DNA from: Azolla caroliniana | Lineage: Eukaryota; Plantae; Polypodiophyta | Direction of reading: 5' to 3' | NCBI GenBank assembly: GCA_043228905.1 | Contig: JBHGNT010000011.1 | Span: forward strand, 9,052,001-9,116,000 | Length of the DNA: 64,000 nucleotides | Part shown: one piece after another, positions 1 to 13,980 of the stretch | Layout: the number at the start of each line of letters is the position of its first letter | How positions within the stretch are numbered: position 1 is the first letter of the stretch | The notes under the pieces: generated by a model | Database searches by the model: none | The model's input: the letters and a program-made list of their open reading frames with translations, nothing else | Told to the model about the DNA's origin: nothing | Position numbers and translations under genes: made by a program

Positions 1-149
1 ATGTGGTTTGACGTGGTTCAACAGCCCGGGCCCTTTCAAATCCTATGTGCGATTACCTAAAGGTCAGATGGGACTCTGATATCAGCCAAAAACAATGAAA
101 AGGCATACAATACAAAAGCAAGCAATGGATGTGAAGCCAGATTAGAACG

Positions 150-2600
150 GTAAAACACACAACACCAATGATGCATAAATCCCTGGCTGGCAAGCATTAT
201 TGAAAAGTCTTTTCCTCAACTCTTACTCTTGAGAGAGCTAGGGAACTTGTCAGGGAAATCTAAAGTATGTAGTTAAACAAGACGCTAAGAAAGGAGGACG
301 TACGAGCCCTTCTTGCTTGCTGTGGATTGCACTAACTTTGTATTGCACATGGAAAGAGTATCTCAAAACCGTAAAGAAAAAACAGAGGATGCAGGGTCAT
401 TTGGTAGACTTTTTCGTTGAAACAATGAATCGTCTGTCCAACTACTAACGAAGTTTATTGGGCTTCGCTTTGTCTTGGTTTTAAGCAGCCATAGATGACT
501 GGAGATTGCAGAGCACACATTAAGATTTTCTACTGTGTTTGGTATGTTCCAACTCCTACTGCATCAAAAAGAATGCATTGGATGGAGGCTTGGGCATTGA
601 GAGAGAAGGACACTTCCAAAGGCGAAGAAGGCCATAGGGAGATACCATCTGTGATCCATGGGTTTCCGATCTGGAAACTGTATCCAAGCTTCGTGGGCAT
701 GCTGTCTGCTGCAGCTCTGCCTTGGACTTGAGAAACCTAGGGAACTGAAACATCATTGTACTAAAGGAAAGACAATCAACTTAGACTCCGTTAGTAGCAG
801 TAAACAGGCAAAGGAAGGGACCCCAGAACGGGCACTTCCCTGGCCCCATGCGAGGGAGAACTTGCAGTAGCAAAGGGTGGCAACCCTTCCACAGAATTCT
901 GGGAAGGTTGTATAATCTGAGAAGGTGATAGCCCTGTAGATCTTTCCTGGAAATTTTGATAACCGTTACAAAACATGGATAATACTGTTTGAGTAATGAT
1001 TGCTTTACCTGACTAATGGGGTTTTGCCCATACAGTGTCGTCCTGCCTGATTTGAAAAGTCACAAGGAGCAAGTAAAAAGAACACGGTTATTAAATAATG
1101 TCATAGAAAAGAACTCCACCTCTTGAGATGACATTTGTTTGGTCATACAACTAAGCTCGATTTTCTGATCCCCTTGAGGACACCCAGTTGTAAGCAGTTT
1201 ACTATTTCATTGCCTCGATCCACCACACTAACCAACATTGGGTACCATGTTTCCTCACCATCGCTCATCCCATGCATAGTAACTATATGCATCATGCATA
1301 AAACCATCCAAAGAAGTGGCCATTGCTATGGGGCATCGTCCTCCAAAATGAGAGTTTGATCCTCCATACCTGTTCTGATCTTATGAAACTCAGCACCTGG
1401 AAATATGCTTTAAAATTTTCAAATAATTCTATTATTCAAATCAATGATTGGTTGGATTTCTCGTCCATTGCGAGCCTTGAAAATCAATGTTGAGGATCTT
1501 CTATCACAAACATGTGATTAATGAGCTCTGTAGCACATTTCCTTATATAAATAATTTGATTGGATTTGAACTACCACTTCAGATGGGCATTAGAGGATGA
1601 TTAGAAGTGGCAGGCATGAGATTATCCAGTCTTTGGTTGCATTTGATAGTTACGGCCTAATAGGTGAAGAGACTTCTCCTATATTCAGCTATCACTATCG
1701 ATGAGGAAATTTGCATCATAGAGCCACAACCTTTCCCTTCTACAAGGGTAGTTTTAACAGGTGGAAGTTTTTGCTTGAAGGGACAAGATCATGGAACTTT
1801 TGAGGGAACGGGATCTGATTCAAACGGGATCTGATTCATTCTTATGATCTACAATCCTACTTTTAAGATAGGTGATGAGGTATGCAACATGTATCACTGG
1901 AATTGCAAGCAACGCAACTCAAGAGGAGCAAATTTAATAAATTGTCCACTTTCTTGCATACATTTGGAAACACAGCAAAAGAAACCCAGACACTAATTGT
2001 GATCAATTGCTGAATTAGTAGGAAAGTTGTTGACCATATTCTAACTTTTAAGGAAAAACAAACTCTAATACTGAGCCTTAAATTCTGAAACCCAAAGTTG
2101 AAGAAAAGAATAAATACATCTCTATAACACTATGCTTGGTAATTAGACCTAAGAAAAGTTATTAGTTTATGTTAACTCGGCTATGGTTGGGATGTTTACT
2201 TGTACATAATGGGAGTACGCTTGGTGGTATCAGTGCAGGAGAAATCTGAAGTTCTCTGCCTATGTGGATTCTGTGAGTTTGGGCTTTTCTCCTGAAGAGG
2301 CCCTCTCTATCTCCCATTATATCCTGAACGAAGAGATAACATCTTTTGAACACTGCTCTACGAGGAGCTCTAAATCCTTCTTGAAAGAGGCAACAATCCC
2401 TTCTACTGATCTCATAGTATACCTGGCGGTGATGCACAATATTCTGAAAATTGATAAGATGGCAGGTGCAGTCATCTGAAACCTACAGACATATATTCTG
2501 GTTTGTATGCTCAGCTGATGGAATGGTGTGTAGACCTGTACTATCTATTGCTATTGGAAGGGCATCTGACATGTGTACTTACACAGTGGAACTATGTGGT
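150..2600 (-). mobile_element. Possible highly degenerate LINE remnant inside a SEC62 intron
   Basis: Coding-like composition with broken short ORFs and a decayed CCHC-knuckle-like stretch on the minus strand near 1925-1975. No diagnostic motif is intact and the boundaries are approximate. Confidence 0.25.
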
Positions 2601-3078
2601 GACATATGTAAGAAAAGGGAATTGTGCAACTGCAATTTTGAATTGATCCAATTTTGTTGTGTCCACTTTGATTAAACTTTTCATTATCAGATAGCGAAGG
2701 CTGTAAAAATGCCATCTAATTATCTGTGGTATATTCCTCCCCAAAGCTGCATATCCTCTAGAGTGGGGTAAATAGAAAATTTATACAGAAATTTCATCCT
2801 ACTGCCCAGAGCCAAAAGCAAAATATTTGTCATTTCTAATGATTCATTGCTTCGAAGTGCCAGAGAAGTTGCAAGAACTTATTTTTTCGAAATCTCAGAC
2901 AAGTAAAATGAAACATTTGTCAATTGTATGATTTTATTATGTTCCAACTTGGTTTGATCAGTTTTAAAGTCTCAGAATCAATGGTTTCAAGGATTTGGGT
3001 GTGTATGTGCCATATGGACATGTGTTTGTATATACATGTCCAGTTGAAATGAAGAGTCCAGGCATAGACATTTCAGAG

Positions 3079-3346
3079 ATGACCAATATGACTATGCCAT
3101 ATTGCCATGACTATAGTATCATGACCGTAGATAACTATGCTTGATATGATTTTCACTCTATTGTTTGCCTCCACATTGTTTAGAGTACTTATTTTTCTTG
3201 ATATACAGTGGGTTCATGGTTCCAATGACCAATATGACTATGCCATATTGCCATGACCATATCATAACTGTAGATAAGTATGTTTGATATGATTTTACTC
3301 TATTGCTTGCCTCCACATAGTTAGAGTACTTATTTTTCTTGATATA
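3079..3346. repeat. Tandem duplication, period about 146 bp, spanning a SEC62 splice acceptor
   Basis: ATGACCAATATGACTATGCCATATTGCCATGAC...TTAGAGTACTTATTTTTCTTGATATA starts at 3079 and again at 3225. Confidence 0.85.
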
Positions 3347-3878
3347 GGATGGGTGATATGGGTGCTACTTGGGAAGCGAATCTGTTTTTTTCCGAACATA
3401 CTTGCTGAGGAGGCATCTTTCAAAGAATTGCTTCGATTCTGGCCTGAACCGAATAAAGAGGATGAGAAGCCTCCAAAATGGACCTCCCAGCTTGCTTTTG
3501 CTCTAGTTTTGGGCGTGGTCACATGGTTTTGCATTCATTATGCACCTGATGAAGCAGCTCGAACGAGGTTTGTTTCAATTCACATTGCATTTTTACCCCT
3601 TTTATCTTTTCATTTTTGAAGCCTTGATTATTACACCTTTTGTTTAATCCAGGTATCAAAAGAAAGTATCAAACATCATCGATGATGTTCTGGAGTGGTC
3701 TCCAAATTTGACCTTGTCTGGAAAGCAAGCAGAGGTTCTGATTGCTCAAAATGATACAAATATGACTGTGACATCTGATAGTGGTGTTGAGGAGTCGCCG
3801 CTTGGAGTTTCGAATGATGCATCATCACCTAAAGGGGAGTTGAATGCTGATGCCCACGAGATACCCAATGAAAGTTGA
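3321..3878 (+). CDS. SEC62: Translocation protein Sec62, last two exons (3321-3567, 3653-3878); earlier exons not found in the window
   Basis: The spliced translation IWVLLGKRICFFPNILAEEASFKELLRFWP...PPKWTS...APDEAARTR|YQKKVSNIIDDVLEWSPNLTLSG matches the conserved C-terminal half of plant Sec62. GT-AG intron 3568-3652, stop TGA 3876-3878. Confidence 0.9.
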
Positions 3879-4873
3879 TGGTGCCGAATCTTCTTCAGAG
3901 GGGCTTCGTGCGCCACAGTTTACTACCAACCATGAATAATTCGCCATAATGATGTTCCTTGTCTTATGATGAAGGTGATGGATGAATAAAGATAGAGCTT
4001 CATGGCTGTAAACCTAGTTCCTTGTAATGGTGTTCTGCATATTAAAATGATGTCTGTGAATGGATACTTAGCTGGATGGACATGAACCCCTTCACTGTTG
4101 GTTTCCACAATATGATTGTTGTGAACACACTGTAACTGACCTTGTTGATCTCGCCTATCCTTTGTTGTACTTGTTAGATCTCTTTGGGGTAGGATAAAGT
4201 TAGGGAATGATGGAATTACATATATGTTGTTTGGGCTTAGTACGTATATAATACTCTTTTCAGAGATGTTTTACATATTGAGAATATATTAGTTCTCTTA
4301 GGGAGTGAGCCTCCTACAAACAGTGATTTGCCATGTTTTGAGACATTAACACAGATTTTTCAATTACAAGTAATCCAACATTAGTTATTGGGTTCATAAT
4401 TTGATCACTTTTTTTATCTACAGTTAATTGTTCTATCCTGCAATTGATGCGATTTAAGGGGGTACATAATGCAAACCTCTTTCCATTGTAACTATTTGAG
4501 TTGGGGCTTCAACTTATAGATAAAACAGTTCAACCATGTAAGTTGTGGATGTACCATAATTGTGTCATGTGCTAAAAGATTTGCATTACAGTACTCCATA
4601 CAAAAAGTAATCTTTATATCTTGTATTGAATATCTTGGGAATATTGTAGTACCTTTGTGTCACCTTTTGATCAAGCACAAGTCTTCATCCGGTGATGTAC
4701 CTTTGTTCCTCTGTGCCACCTTTTTAGCAAGCGTTATGCATGCATTAGTTAGTAGCCAAACCAACCCAAATGGGTATCTCTGCATCAACTATAAATTAAT
4801 CAAGAATAAATTAAACAGGAAGTAAGAAGAAAGATAGTTGAGTTCAGATGTTCTCTATATGCATTTCATATAT

Positions 4874-4888
4874 TGGTGGAGAAGCAGG
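4874..4888 (+). promoter_or_regulatory. Primer-binding site complementary to the tRNA-Ala 3' end
   Basis: TGGTGGAGAAGCAGG lies 3 nt after the 5' LTR. Plant tRNA-Ala ends ...GCAUCUCCACCA. Confidence 0.7.
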
Positions 4889-7750
4889 ATAAAATCTCAG
4901 CCGCTAGCTTGCCGCCTTGTTCATGGCTTCCCACCTCCTTGTGGCCTCAGAAGTTAATACCCTTATGCAGTTTGAGTTCTCGCAACCTCACGAGTGCCCA
5001 CCACACTTCCAAATGGAGCAGCTCCTGCAAGTCCACTCCAACGCCATGATTCAAATTAGCCACACGAATCAAGCTATGCTCTTCTTCTCTCTACCAAAGT
5101 CCTTCTCCGGCCTATCCTCTTAAGGACGTATTAGCTTGGCGGGACCACATCAAAATGATCTCTAGTTACCACCAATGGTCCGACATGTGCAAAACCTTGG
5201 GAGTTCACACCCTCCTAGAGAACGTCGCCGCCACCTGGTTCGTGCAGCAAGCAAGTGAAGTGAAAGAGAACTGGGCGATCCTCAAGGATCTTTTCGTGCA
5301 AAACTTCGCCCATCAAAATTCAGCACATACGACGTTGCAACAGCAAACAAATGAACCAGTGGGGCAATTTGTCTTCCAATTAAATCAATTCCTTGTTCGC
5401 ACCGATCCTACTATGCCCAAGCATGTCAAGCTTTTCTTCTTGTGGCCTTGGCTACGTAATGACATCACTCGTCATGCCCAAAATCCCAAGACGTTCAATG
5501 AGGCCATTCTAATCACCCAATGCATTGAACTTACACACAATCCAACTCCCAACTACATCGCCCCCCTCCACCATCGAACGACTCGTGAGCCCCGTACTAG
5601 GAAACGCCCCCCCAATGGAACTTGATGTCCAAAACATGCAGTTGCAGACTCGCCGCAACCTTACCAATCGCGATGCACAAGGGCACCCGAATTGCTTCTT
5701 CTACAACAATTACAGCTTTGTACGACATTATTCAGTCTTGAAAGCAAAATACCAGATAATAGTGGCTGACACCGCATCGTTGGCTGAGCTCTCGGGAAAC
5801 TAACCTCCGAGGTGCTAATGGAGGAACCAGCCCACCACGTCCAAGCGTCCGCCTCTTCCACTTCGAAGGTATGCTCCACTCTCACCACAATGAATAACTC
5901 CACCCACACCATCTCATTAGACTTTGGTAGCAGTATCTCTTCCATAAGCATCACATTCGTTCACCAGTTAGGCCTCCCCACATCCATCGCTCCCTCTATC
6001 CAGCTCCTTTTTGGCGATCACCAACAACTCTATCACTCTCGCACGTAGCAACTCTACCACTCTGACACGTAGGCCCACTGTTCCGTCACCCTAGGCATTA
6101 TGACCTTCTCACACCACTTTTATGTCTTACTCCACCAACTCAGTCTCACCTTAGGATGCGATAGATTCATTGAGTGTTGCACTACGCTTGATTTCGCCAC
6201 CCACCAACTCCCACAAGCTCCCCCGATCCCCCTCCTACATAGTAGCCCCATAGTCCCCCACCTTAGTCAGGCACAGGTGGCCCTCAATCCAAAGGAGCAG
6301 TTGACTTCCATCTGCCAATTGTTAGCTCATTTACCATTGCTAGCCTTGCAACCCACGCACATTGCTAGTGTATCTTTCTCGGTACAACATGTCATTCATA
6401 CCAATGATGCCAATCCAATCTGCATGGCTATCCACCGACGTCACCAACCACGATCACATTGATGCCACTGTCACTCACATGCTCACCAAACTTGGTATTA
6501 TGATCCCCTCCACTAGCCACTTGATTTCGTAACACCACCTCGTCAAAAAGGACGGTGGCACCTTCCACTTCTACATCAACTTTAGGTCAATCAACAAAGA
6601 GATAATCCCTGACCTCTACCCGCTCCCTTGCGTGGACGACCTCTTGGATTAGCTAGGTGCCTCCCATTATTTCACCTCCCTCTACTTGGCCTCGGGATAT
6701 TGGCAAATCCCTCTGAAGACTTTCGATGCCCACAAAACCAATTCCGTACACACTGCATGATGTTCCAATTCACTTGCATGTCGTTCGGCCTGTTTGATGT
6801 CGACAACACATTCCAACGCATGGCCAACTCCATCTTTACCAACCTCATCAGAAAAGGCATCCTCCTCGTTTATCTCGACGACATCCTAATCCACATCGTC
6901 ACCTAGGACGACCACCTACAAACTCTCACGAAAGTCCTCACATAAACAACCAAACATAACCTACAACTCTTGTAGAAGAAATGTCGAGGAAGGAGCACCA
7001 ACCTACGTTTTCTCGGCTACATCATCTCTGGCGAAGGAATTCGTGTGGACCCTGCTAAGGTAGCTACCATCATCGACTACCCCACCCCACCTCAATAAAA
7101 GCACTATGTCAACATTTTTTGGGCATGAACATCTTTTCCCTTCAATTCATGCCAAAACCTTGTCTCTGTCATTTTTCCCCTCCAATAATTGAAGAAAGAT
7201 GCAATGTTCGTTTGGGATCCTACTTGAGAAGACAACTTTCATCACCTCAAAACACTAGTCTAGGAATCAGGCTTGCTCGCCCACCCTAACTTTGACAAAC
7301 CATTCAGGTTATAGACAAATGCCTCAAACCAAGGGTTAGGAGTCATCCTCCTACAAGCTAATTGCCACGGGCATGAAAAGGCAGTCACTTTCATCAGTAG
7401 AGCTCTCACCCCGACTGAACACAACTACTCAACCTCCGAGAAGGAACTACCTGCGATCTTTTGGTCCTTCCAACGTTTTCACCCATACCTTCATGTCGGA
7501 CAGGTTACTGTTGAGACTGACCACCAACCCTTGCGTTCCATTATCCATAGGCCTCACCCCTTCAGTCTCTTGTTGCGATGCACGTTGCCACAAGCCAAGA
7601 TTATCAATCTACCCTCACCTATCCGAAAGGTGTAATCAATCTGGTCGCCGATGGTCTCTCTCGCGCCGACATTCAGGTTGTCCAATTTCTCCCCGAGTAG
7701 TTTGGTCTTCCACTACCGCTGCCATAGCTCCCCACAGTTTAGCAACAAGA

Positions 7751-7988
7751 CCCCGCCATCCAAGAGATAACCCAACAATTGCGCTCCCTCCGAACATTTC
7801 GCTCACAACAGAGGTTCACGGTTCGCGACAACTTGGATTTCTTCATTCAGGAGCACCACGAGCCCCACAAACCCCGCCATCCAAGAGATAACCCAACAAT
7901 TGCGCTCCCTCCAAACATTTCGCTCACAAAAGAGGTTCACGGTTCGCGACAACTTGGATTTCTTCATTCAGGAGCACCACGAGCCCCA
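7751..7988. repeat. 121-bp tandem duplication inside gypsy pol
   Basis: CCCCGCCATCCAAGAGATAACCC...GGAGCACCACGAGCCCCAC at 7751 and 7872; the same peptide appears in ORFs 7779 and 7900. Confidence 0.9.
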
Positions 7989-8730
7989 CCTCTACATCGC
8001 TCATGCCCTTCAACAATCGTACCTCCAATTTTATCGCGACCACCCATTGTCGGGCGATCTGGGTTTCCACAAGGTTCTCCAAAAACAACAACCAAGGATG
8101 CTACTTGCAGGATCTACCTCTCACAGATGCTCCCACTATTTCGAGGAGCCAACTTCCGAAACCGACAAGTCGCACAACAATGCCAAAAGCGACACTACAA
8201 CGTGGGTTGAATTACCTCGACTTATTCCGCAGGAAACAAATTCTTTGTTTACTTCCCTGTTCGGCAGCGTGGGCTCGGCAAATCCCTCAGGCACCGCTGG
8301 ATAAACCCCTTCACCTTAGTTCGTGCCATCAAATCCACTACCTACTTGCTTCGAGGCAATTCTAATGGTCGAGTTACCTCTGCCCACATTGCTCACATCA
8401 AGCCCTATGCACCCCGGGCCCATCTACTGATACCCCACCCCTCCTTTAACCCTGTCATAAAACTGCTTGTTTCTTGGAGCCTTTTGAGCAAGCACAAGGC
8501 TTCATGATGTGGTGTACCTTTGTTCCTTTGTGCCACCTTTTTAGCAAGCATGTCTGCATGCATTGGTTGGTAGCCAAACCAACCCAAATGGGTATCTTTG
8601 TATCAACTATAAATTAAGCAAGACAGTCTAGTTTGGATCCTCTCTAAGTGCATTTCACAATATTAGCCATTTGATTTTGTAAATCGGGATTTGTGCAAAA
8701 AGTAAATTAGAATTTAGGTGTCCCACTGCA

Positions 8731-8890
8731 AACATCTCTCACAAACATGCATGCATGCGCTTTGACATCTCTCGTAAACATGCGTGCATGCATTTTTGAC
8801 ATCTCTCGCAAACATGCATGCATGTGTTTTGACATCTCTCGCAAACATACATGCATGCGTTTTGATATCTATAGTAAACATGTATGCATG
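8731..8890. repeat. Minisatellite of about 33-34 bp, about 5 copies
   Basis: Unit TGACATCTCTCGCAAACATGCATGCATGCGTTT. Confidence 0.85.
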
Positions 8891-8979
8891 TAGTGGGAGA
8901 GCACATGGGTGTATTCTCGACAAAAGGTCATGTATTTTGGAGAGTACCAAGTAGAGTAAATTATCTTCTCATTATGTAC

Positions 8980-10450
8980 CTACGAGAGAACAAAGGTAGG
9001 TTGAGCATCTATACTTTGTGAACCCCCCAAATCACGTAAATCCTCAAAAGTAACTAGAGTTTTAATAGAAACAAAATTATCATTAGAACCCAAGAGCTCT
9101 TTGAGAAAACAAACATGAAAGACAAGATGAACTTGGATGCTAGCTAGAAGGTGGAGATGATAGGCAGATGAATCAATATGCTTGATGATTGTGAAAGGTC
9201 CACAAAAGCATGGGGCTAATTTTGCACATTTACCCGTGGACAACTTCCTAGAGTCACGAGGCACACGTATAAACACTTTCCATTCGAGGAGAAATACATG
9301 GGGCCATCAATGTTGATCCACATAAAATCATGCTCTATCTTGACCCATTTTTATATTTTCCTGACCTATATGTAACATATCTTGCACATCCCTTAGAAAG
9401 TTTTGTGTACTTCACACTAAGAGTGGTTTGTGGAGCACAAATTTGGAATCATGGAAGAAGTTTTGTTTGAAGATGTCATTGTATCTAGAAATCTTGGGTA
9501 ATGATTCCAATCAATTCTTCATTATGTACATTACCACATTGTAACCATCGATAAACATGAGCAAAGTGTTGTAAAAGATGAGGTCTATAAGTATATGCAA
9601 TGTATAAGGATGTATATAAAAAAGTTGAAGTGTATGGTTGCTCCTTTGTTAGTAGATAGTTCGAAAAGGGGTGGATCCTAATTTAAGGATCCCGAGAGGT
9701 ATTGGTCACATCATCACTAACAAAACACAAGGGAAACTCCGAGTTGGTGAGGGTGAATGTCTTTTATCCGGAGAGGAGTCAGAGTTTAGGAAGATGATGG
9801 AGATTGTTCAAAAGCTTTTGGTTTCTCCTCACGAAGATATGATGCATCAGATGCTCTACTTTTTGGAACCAATGTTCTTGTTCCAATTGTGATTTTCCTC
9901 AATGCGCAATATCAACTATGAATCTAAAAATGATTGTGGTGCATGTCTAGTTATGGCAATTCTCAACGTATCAAAATGTTATGCTAGTCCACTCAAATAG
10001 TTTGGGGCATCTCTTCTTCGATGATTCTCATGTGAATTGAGAGAACATCTCACCAAATAGAATGTTTTTGCTAGTCAACCCAATTAGTTTACATCATCTC
10101 TTCCATGTTAGACTTGTAATATCCTTGTCTTACAAGGAAAATACATATCTTGTACCTCCTACTAACGAAGTTATTTATGTCAACGTTTCACTAGGGAAAG
10201 TGTTACCCATTTGCATATTCATCTTAGTGGTGGTTTTCCATATTCCTATTACAAAAGTAGACTTTCATACATGTTCTCCTATGAGTGTTCTCACACACAA
10301 GATGTGGTTGAGTGCAGCTTTTGTACAACATCCCCACTAACTAGAAATGGAACACAAATTATGTGTAATTGGAGTTGTTAACATCATCTCATCTTTTAGT
10401 TCAGGTGGTGTTTACATAATTGCACTCATTCTTTAACTTGGTTTATATAG
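8980..10450 (-). mobile_element. Degenerate Ty3/gypsy (chromovirus-like) remnant: integrase C-terminus plus decayed upstream sequence
   Basis: ORF 8980-9276 reads KLAPCFCGPFTII...AYHLHL...VHLVFHVCFLK, the GPF/GPY module of gypsy integrase. The upstream extent is approximate. Confidence 0.7.
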
Positions 10451-11007
10451 AGCACATTTGAACTTTATTAATGTACACAATTAGAATTTAAAACATGATA
10501 GATATGTTTTAAGTTTTTAACATTCAAGACAATGATTTTAATCTTTGGGGTACGCTTGAACCCCATGGCCAAGAGAGTATGGGTGATGGATGAAGATTGT
10601 TTTGAATTGTATTTCGTTATCATAAATCAATAAATAATCATCAATTAAATATCTTTTGTAGCTTTCACAAAAATTCATGCTTGTTTCTAAAACAACATTT
10701 GTATATTCTATGATGGCATAGTATGAACCATAAGTACCATAAGTGCATTCGCATTCGAGAATGTTTCAATCATTCGAGTATGGTAAACACCTTCCAAGTA
10801 TGTATTGTAAATACCATACTTTTGTATTCATTATTTATTATAAGGTAATTTTTTTAAGGTAAGAAAATTAAGGTAAAGTGTAAAAAAAAAACGTAAGAAT
10901 GTTTTGATACCATATGCATTCGTTTGCATTCGTATGTTAAAGAATGTTTGACAATGCATTCAACTATATTACAAACTATGTATGATGGAATAATGAAGGT
11001 ATGTTAG

Positions 11008-11910
11008 GCTTATGAAGATTTTGAACATTAATAAACTACTAATTTGTAGTCTATACCAAACAATATGTAGACTCTAGAAGAATCATCCCATCATTGTATA
11101 TTCTAAGACACGTGAAAGAAGTTATGTCAAGCTTATGAAGAATTTCAATGATTATGAGAAACAAACAACTACTTTAAGGCTTCAAGTATATAATCAAACA
11201 ATACATATACTCTAGAAAAGTCATCTCAAGTTCAATTAAGCATGTCATCTTCATGTAGAAATTTTATCTCTTTGACTTGGTGACGAATCTATAAATGTCA
11301 ACATAACAACTTCCCAACATCAAGATACCTAAATGAATTCCACGAGTATCTATTTTCTTACCATAAGAAAACTTTATTTCTTTAAACGACATGCTTATGA
11401 TGGACTTTGAAGATTATGAGAAATAAATACCTAACTTAAAAGCTATATCAAACATAACCGACACTTTAGAAAAATCATCCATAGTTCAATGAAGCATCTC
11501 ATGTTCATGTGAAATCGTCTCTCATTGCCTTCATTGCTTCATGACAAATTTGTAGATTTTAGTGATACAACTTCCCAACATCAACGTGCCTCAATGATTC
11601 CATGCGTATTTTTCTATCGAATCATATGAAGGTTATTTTCTCTTTTTTAGTTTTTGCTACTCTCCAAACAACATGCTTATGAAAGACTTCAGATTATGAG
11701 AAAAATACAATTAACCAAAAGTTTATATCAAACAATACATATACTCTAGAAAAATCATCCCAATTTTAACAAAGCGTGTCATGTTCACATAGAAATTTTC
11801 TCTCATTACCTTTATCTGTTCATCACGAAAATGTTGATACGACAATACGTCCTAACATCAACGAGCCTCAATGAATTCCACAAGTATTTTCTACCAAATC
11901 ATAAGAAAAC
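11008..11910. repeat. Degenerate tandem repeat of about 260-280 bp, 3-4 copies, possibly subterminal to a DNA transposon
   Basis: Recurring GCTTATGA...GATTATGAGAAA...ATCAAACAATACATATACTCTAGAAAA..CATC...CTTCCCAACATCAA near 11130, 11393 and 11675. Confidence 0.7.
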
Positions 11911-12099
11911 AAACTTCGCTTTTTTGTTTTTGAGACTCGCCAAAGAACACACACTATTATCTTTCCATCTCCTTTCTTAAAGTTAGCCTTTCACTCTTTT
12001 TCATAATTCGCTTTTTCTTTTTCTTACTTTACTCCTTTTTCTATATCGATATCAAGTATTTCTTTTTTATGTGAGTCCAACTTAAATTGTGAATGATGA

Positions 12100-13450
12100 G
12101 ATGCTTGATCATGTAAGACGTGGCATCAGATTGATCAAATTTTGAGGTAGACAAGATAGTCATGAGTATTATAAAACTATTTAAAAACAAGGAAATGCCA
12201 AAAACAACAATTGAGAAATTCTCAAAATTTGCTTAGCTATATTCACTTTCCTTGTGTGGATAAAAGTATGAAGCGGGTATGTTCTAATTTGAATGCAAAG
12301 AACATTATATATTGATATTTTCCAAAATTTCTCGAACGAAATTGGGTAAAAACTTTCCTAATAGATGGAGTTCCCTATGACTCTCACCTAAACATATAAA
12401 GTTGTCACCAAGCATATCAGCCCTTCTTAAAAGCCATTTAAAAGGGGCGGCATTGCTCAAAATATTAATGTGCACCAAACTTAGATTAAATGAAAGAAAT
12501 CATTTGTATTGCATGAACAAAATTTGATGCCTCCAAAAAAGAATTTGTAATATGTTTGTACCAATTGTCATGGACAAATGTATTATGACAAAGTTGTATT
12601 TTCAACTCAGATATTTGAGCATGTATGTTGAGTCATGTTTGGGTAGCACGACCTCATACTAGGTAATGTGGGAGTCGTGCATGAATATACATCAAATCTA
12701 TGCATACCAAGTATTGTTATTTATATGTCTTTTATGGTTCAATTCAGGTAAAATGATGATCTTTAAAAGCTCACTAGAATGAACCAGGTAAATACTCACG
12801 TTTCACTTGTTCGCCAAAAGCAATTCTCAACTCTTCTAGTCCATATGACATGAAGAATAGAATCTGGAAAACCTATAAATCTTTTGAGCTAAGGTTTGCC
12901 TCTCAACAACTTAAAATCACAAAGCAAGCTTTGCATGTTTTGATATTTCTAGTGATTGAACCTATCACCCATAAATGTAACAAGGAAAAGTAATATCTTT
13001 GATAAAAGATATTTTTGAGGCTAGTAAAAATGGCAAAAAAACATATTCTAACTCACCTATGCAATCACACCATGTAATACTTGATGTATCTACACAAACT
13101 ATTTATGGTTCCCAGAGTCGACATAAAGAACTTGTCTTCTCGATGCAATGTTTGGAAAATCGCTAGCCCATTGTTAACCATTAGAACAGGTTGATACATT
13201 GTTACTATACCTTCAACCCCCATTGTTGGATATGAAAATGGTTGTGTCCATAGTATTCATGCTGCCCATAAAGAAAGAAGAGGTTGGTTCATTGTTACTA
13301 TACCTCCAACCCCCCTCCAACCCCCATCGTTGGATATGAAAATGGTTGTGTCCATAGTATTCATGCTGCCCATAAAGAAAGAAAAGAAATGGGTGTTGGC
13401 CAACAGCCCTTTGATATAATGGAAATTACAAAAATGGGAATGCATTAAAG
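12100..13450 (-). mobile_element. Possible decayed hAT transposase remnant
   Basis: Broken minus-strand peptides (FMGSMNTMD, SITWCDCI) loosely resemble hAT core segments. A local duplication of about 55 bp lies at 13226 and 13330. Confidence 0.3.
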
Positions 13451-13980
13451 TTCCATGTACCTCGGGAGGTAACTATGTCGGTCAAAAGGAGAGTGTAAAT
13501 AGTAAAGTTGCATCTCACATAAAGGAGATAGTTACTCTTTTATACAGGAAAGCATCGCATTTGAAAGTTACCTCGCGCAAAATCACCAAACTAAGACAAA
13601 AAAAAAAATCAGAATTCTCCAAATTTAAAGACCTCACCACATAGGTTCTCTTGACATTTCGTCATGTGTACAACTAACTAATTATGATCACCTACCATGT
13701 TTATGACATACCAGTTTAGGATTCAAGAGGTGATGTGAATACACATCATGAGTTTATCGTGCGATAACCATAGTTCTAGTTAGTATTGTCGATTTTTTAT
13801 AAACCAGCTTTGAGGCTTTTTTTTTATAAGGAAGCTGCAATCATTGCCATTCTCAAAGTTATAATAATACCAATCAAATGTGAGCTTTGGGTCGTTGTGT
13901 AAATGAGTAAATATGATGCAAGCTTGAAATTTTTAGAAATCGAGATGTCTGCTTTTCTTAATTGTCATTATCTTTTCTAA

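Larger units (their letters stand above)
4645..8659 (+). mobile_element. Degenerate Ty3/gypsy LTR retrotransposon with most of the integrase deleted
   Basis: Related LTRs at 4645-4870 and about 8480-8659. Gag-like ORF 5155-5625, protease LDFGSSIS, RT motifs DLYPLP and YLDDIL, RNase H TNASNQGLG and ETDHQPL, integrase HHCC start DHPLSGDLGFHK. ATAT flanks both ends. Many stops and frameshifts. Confidence 0.9.
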
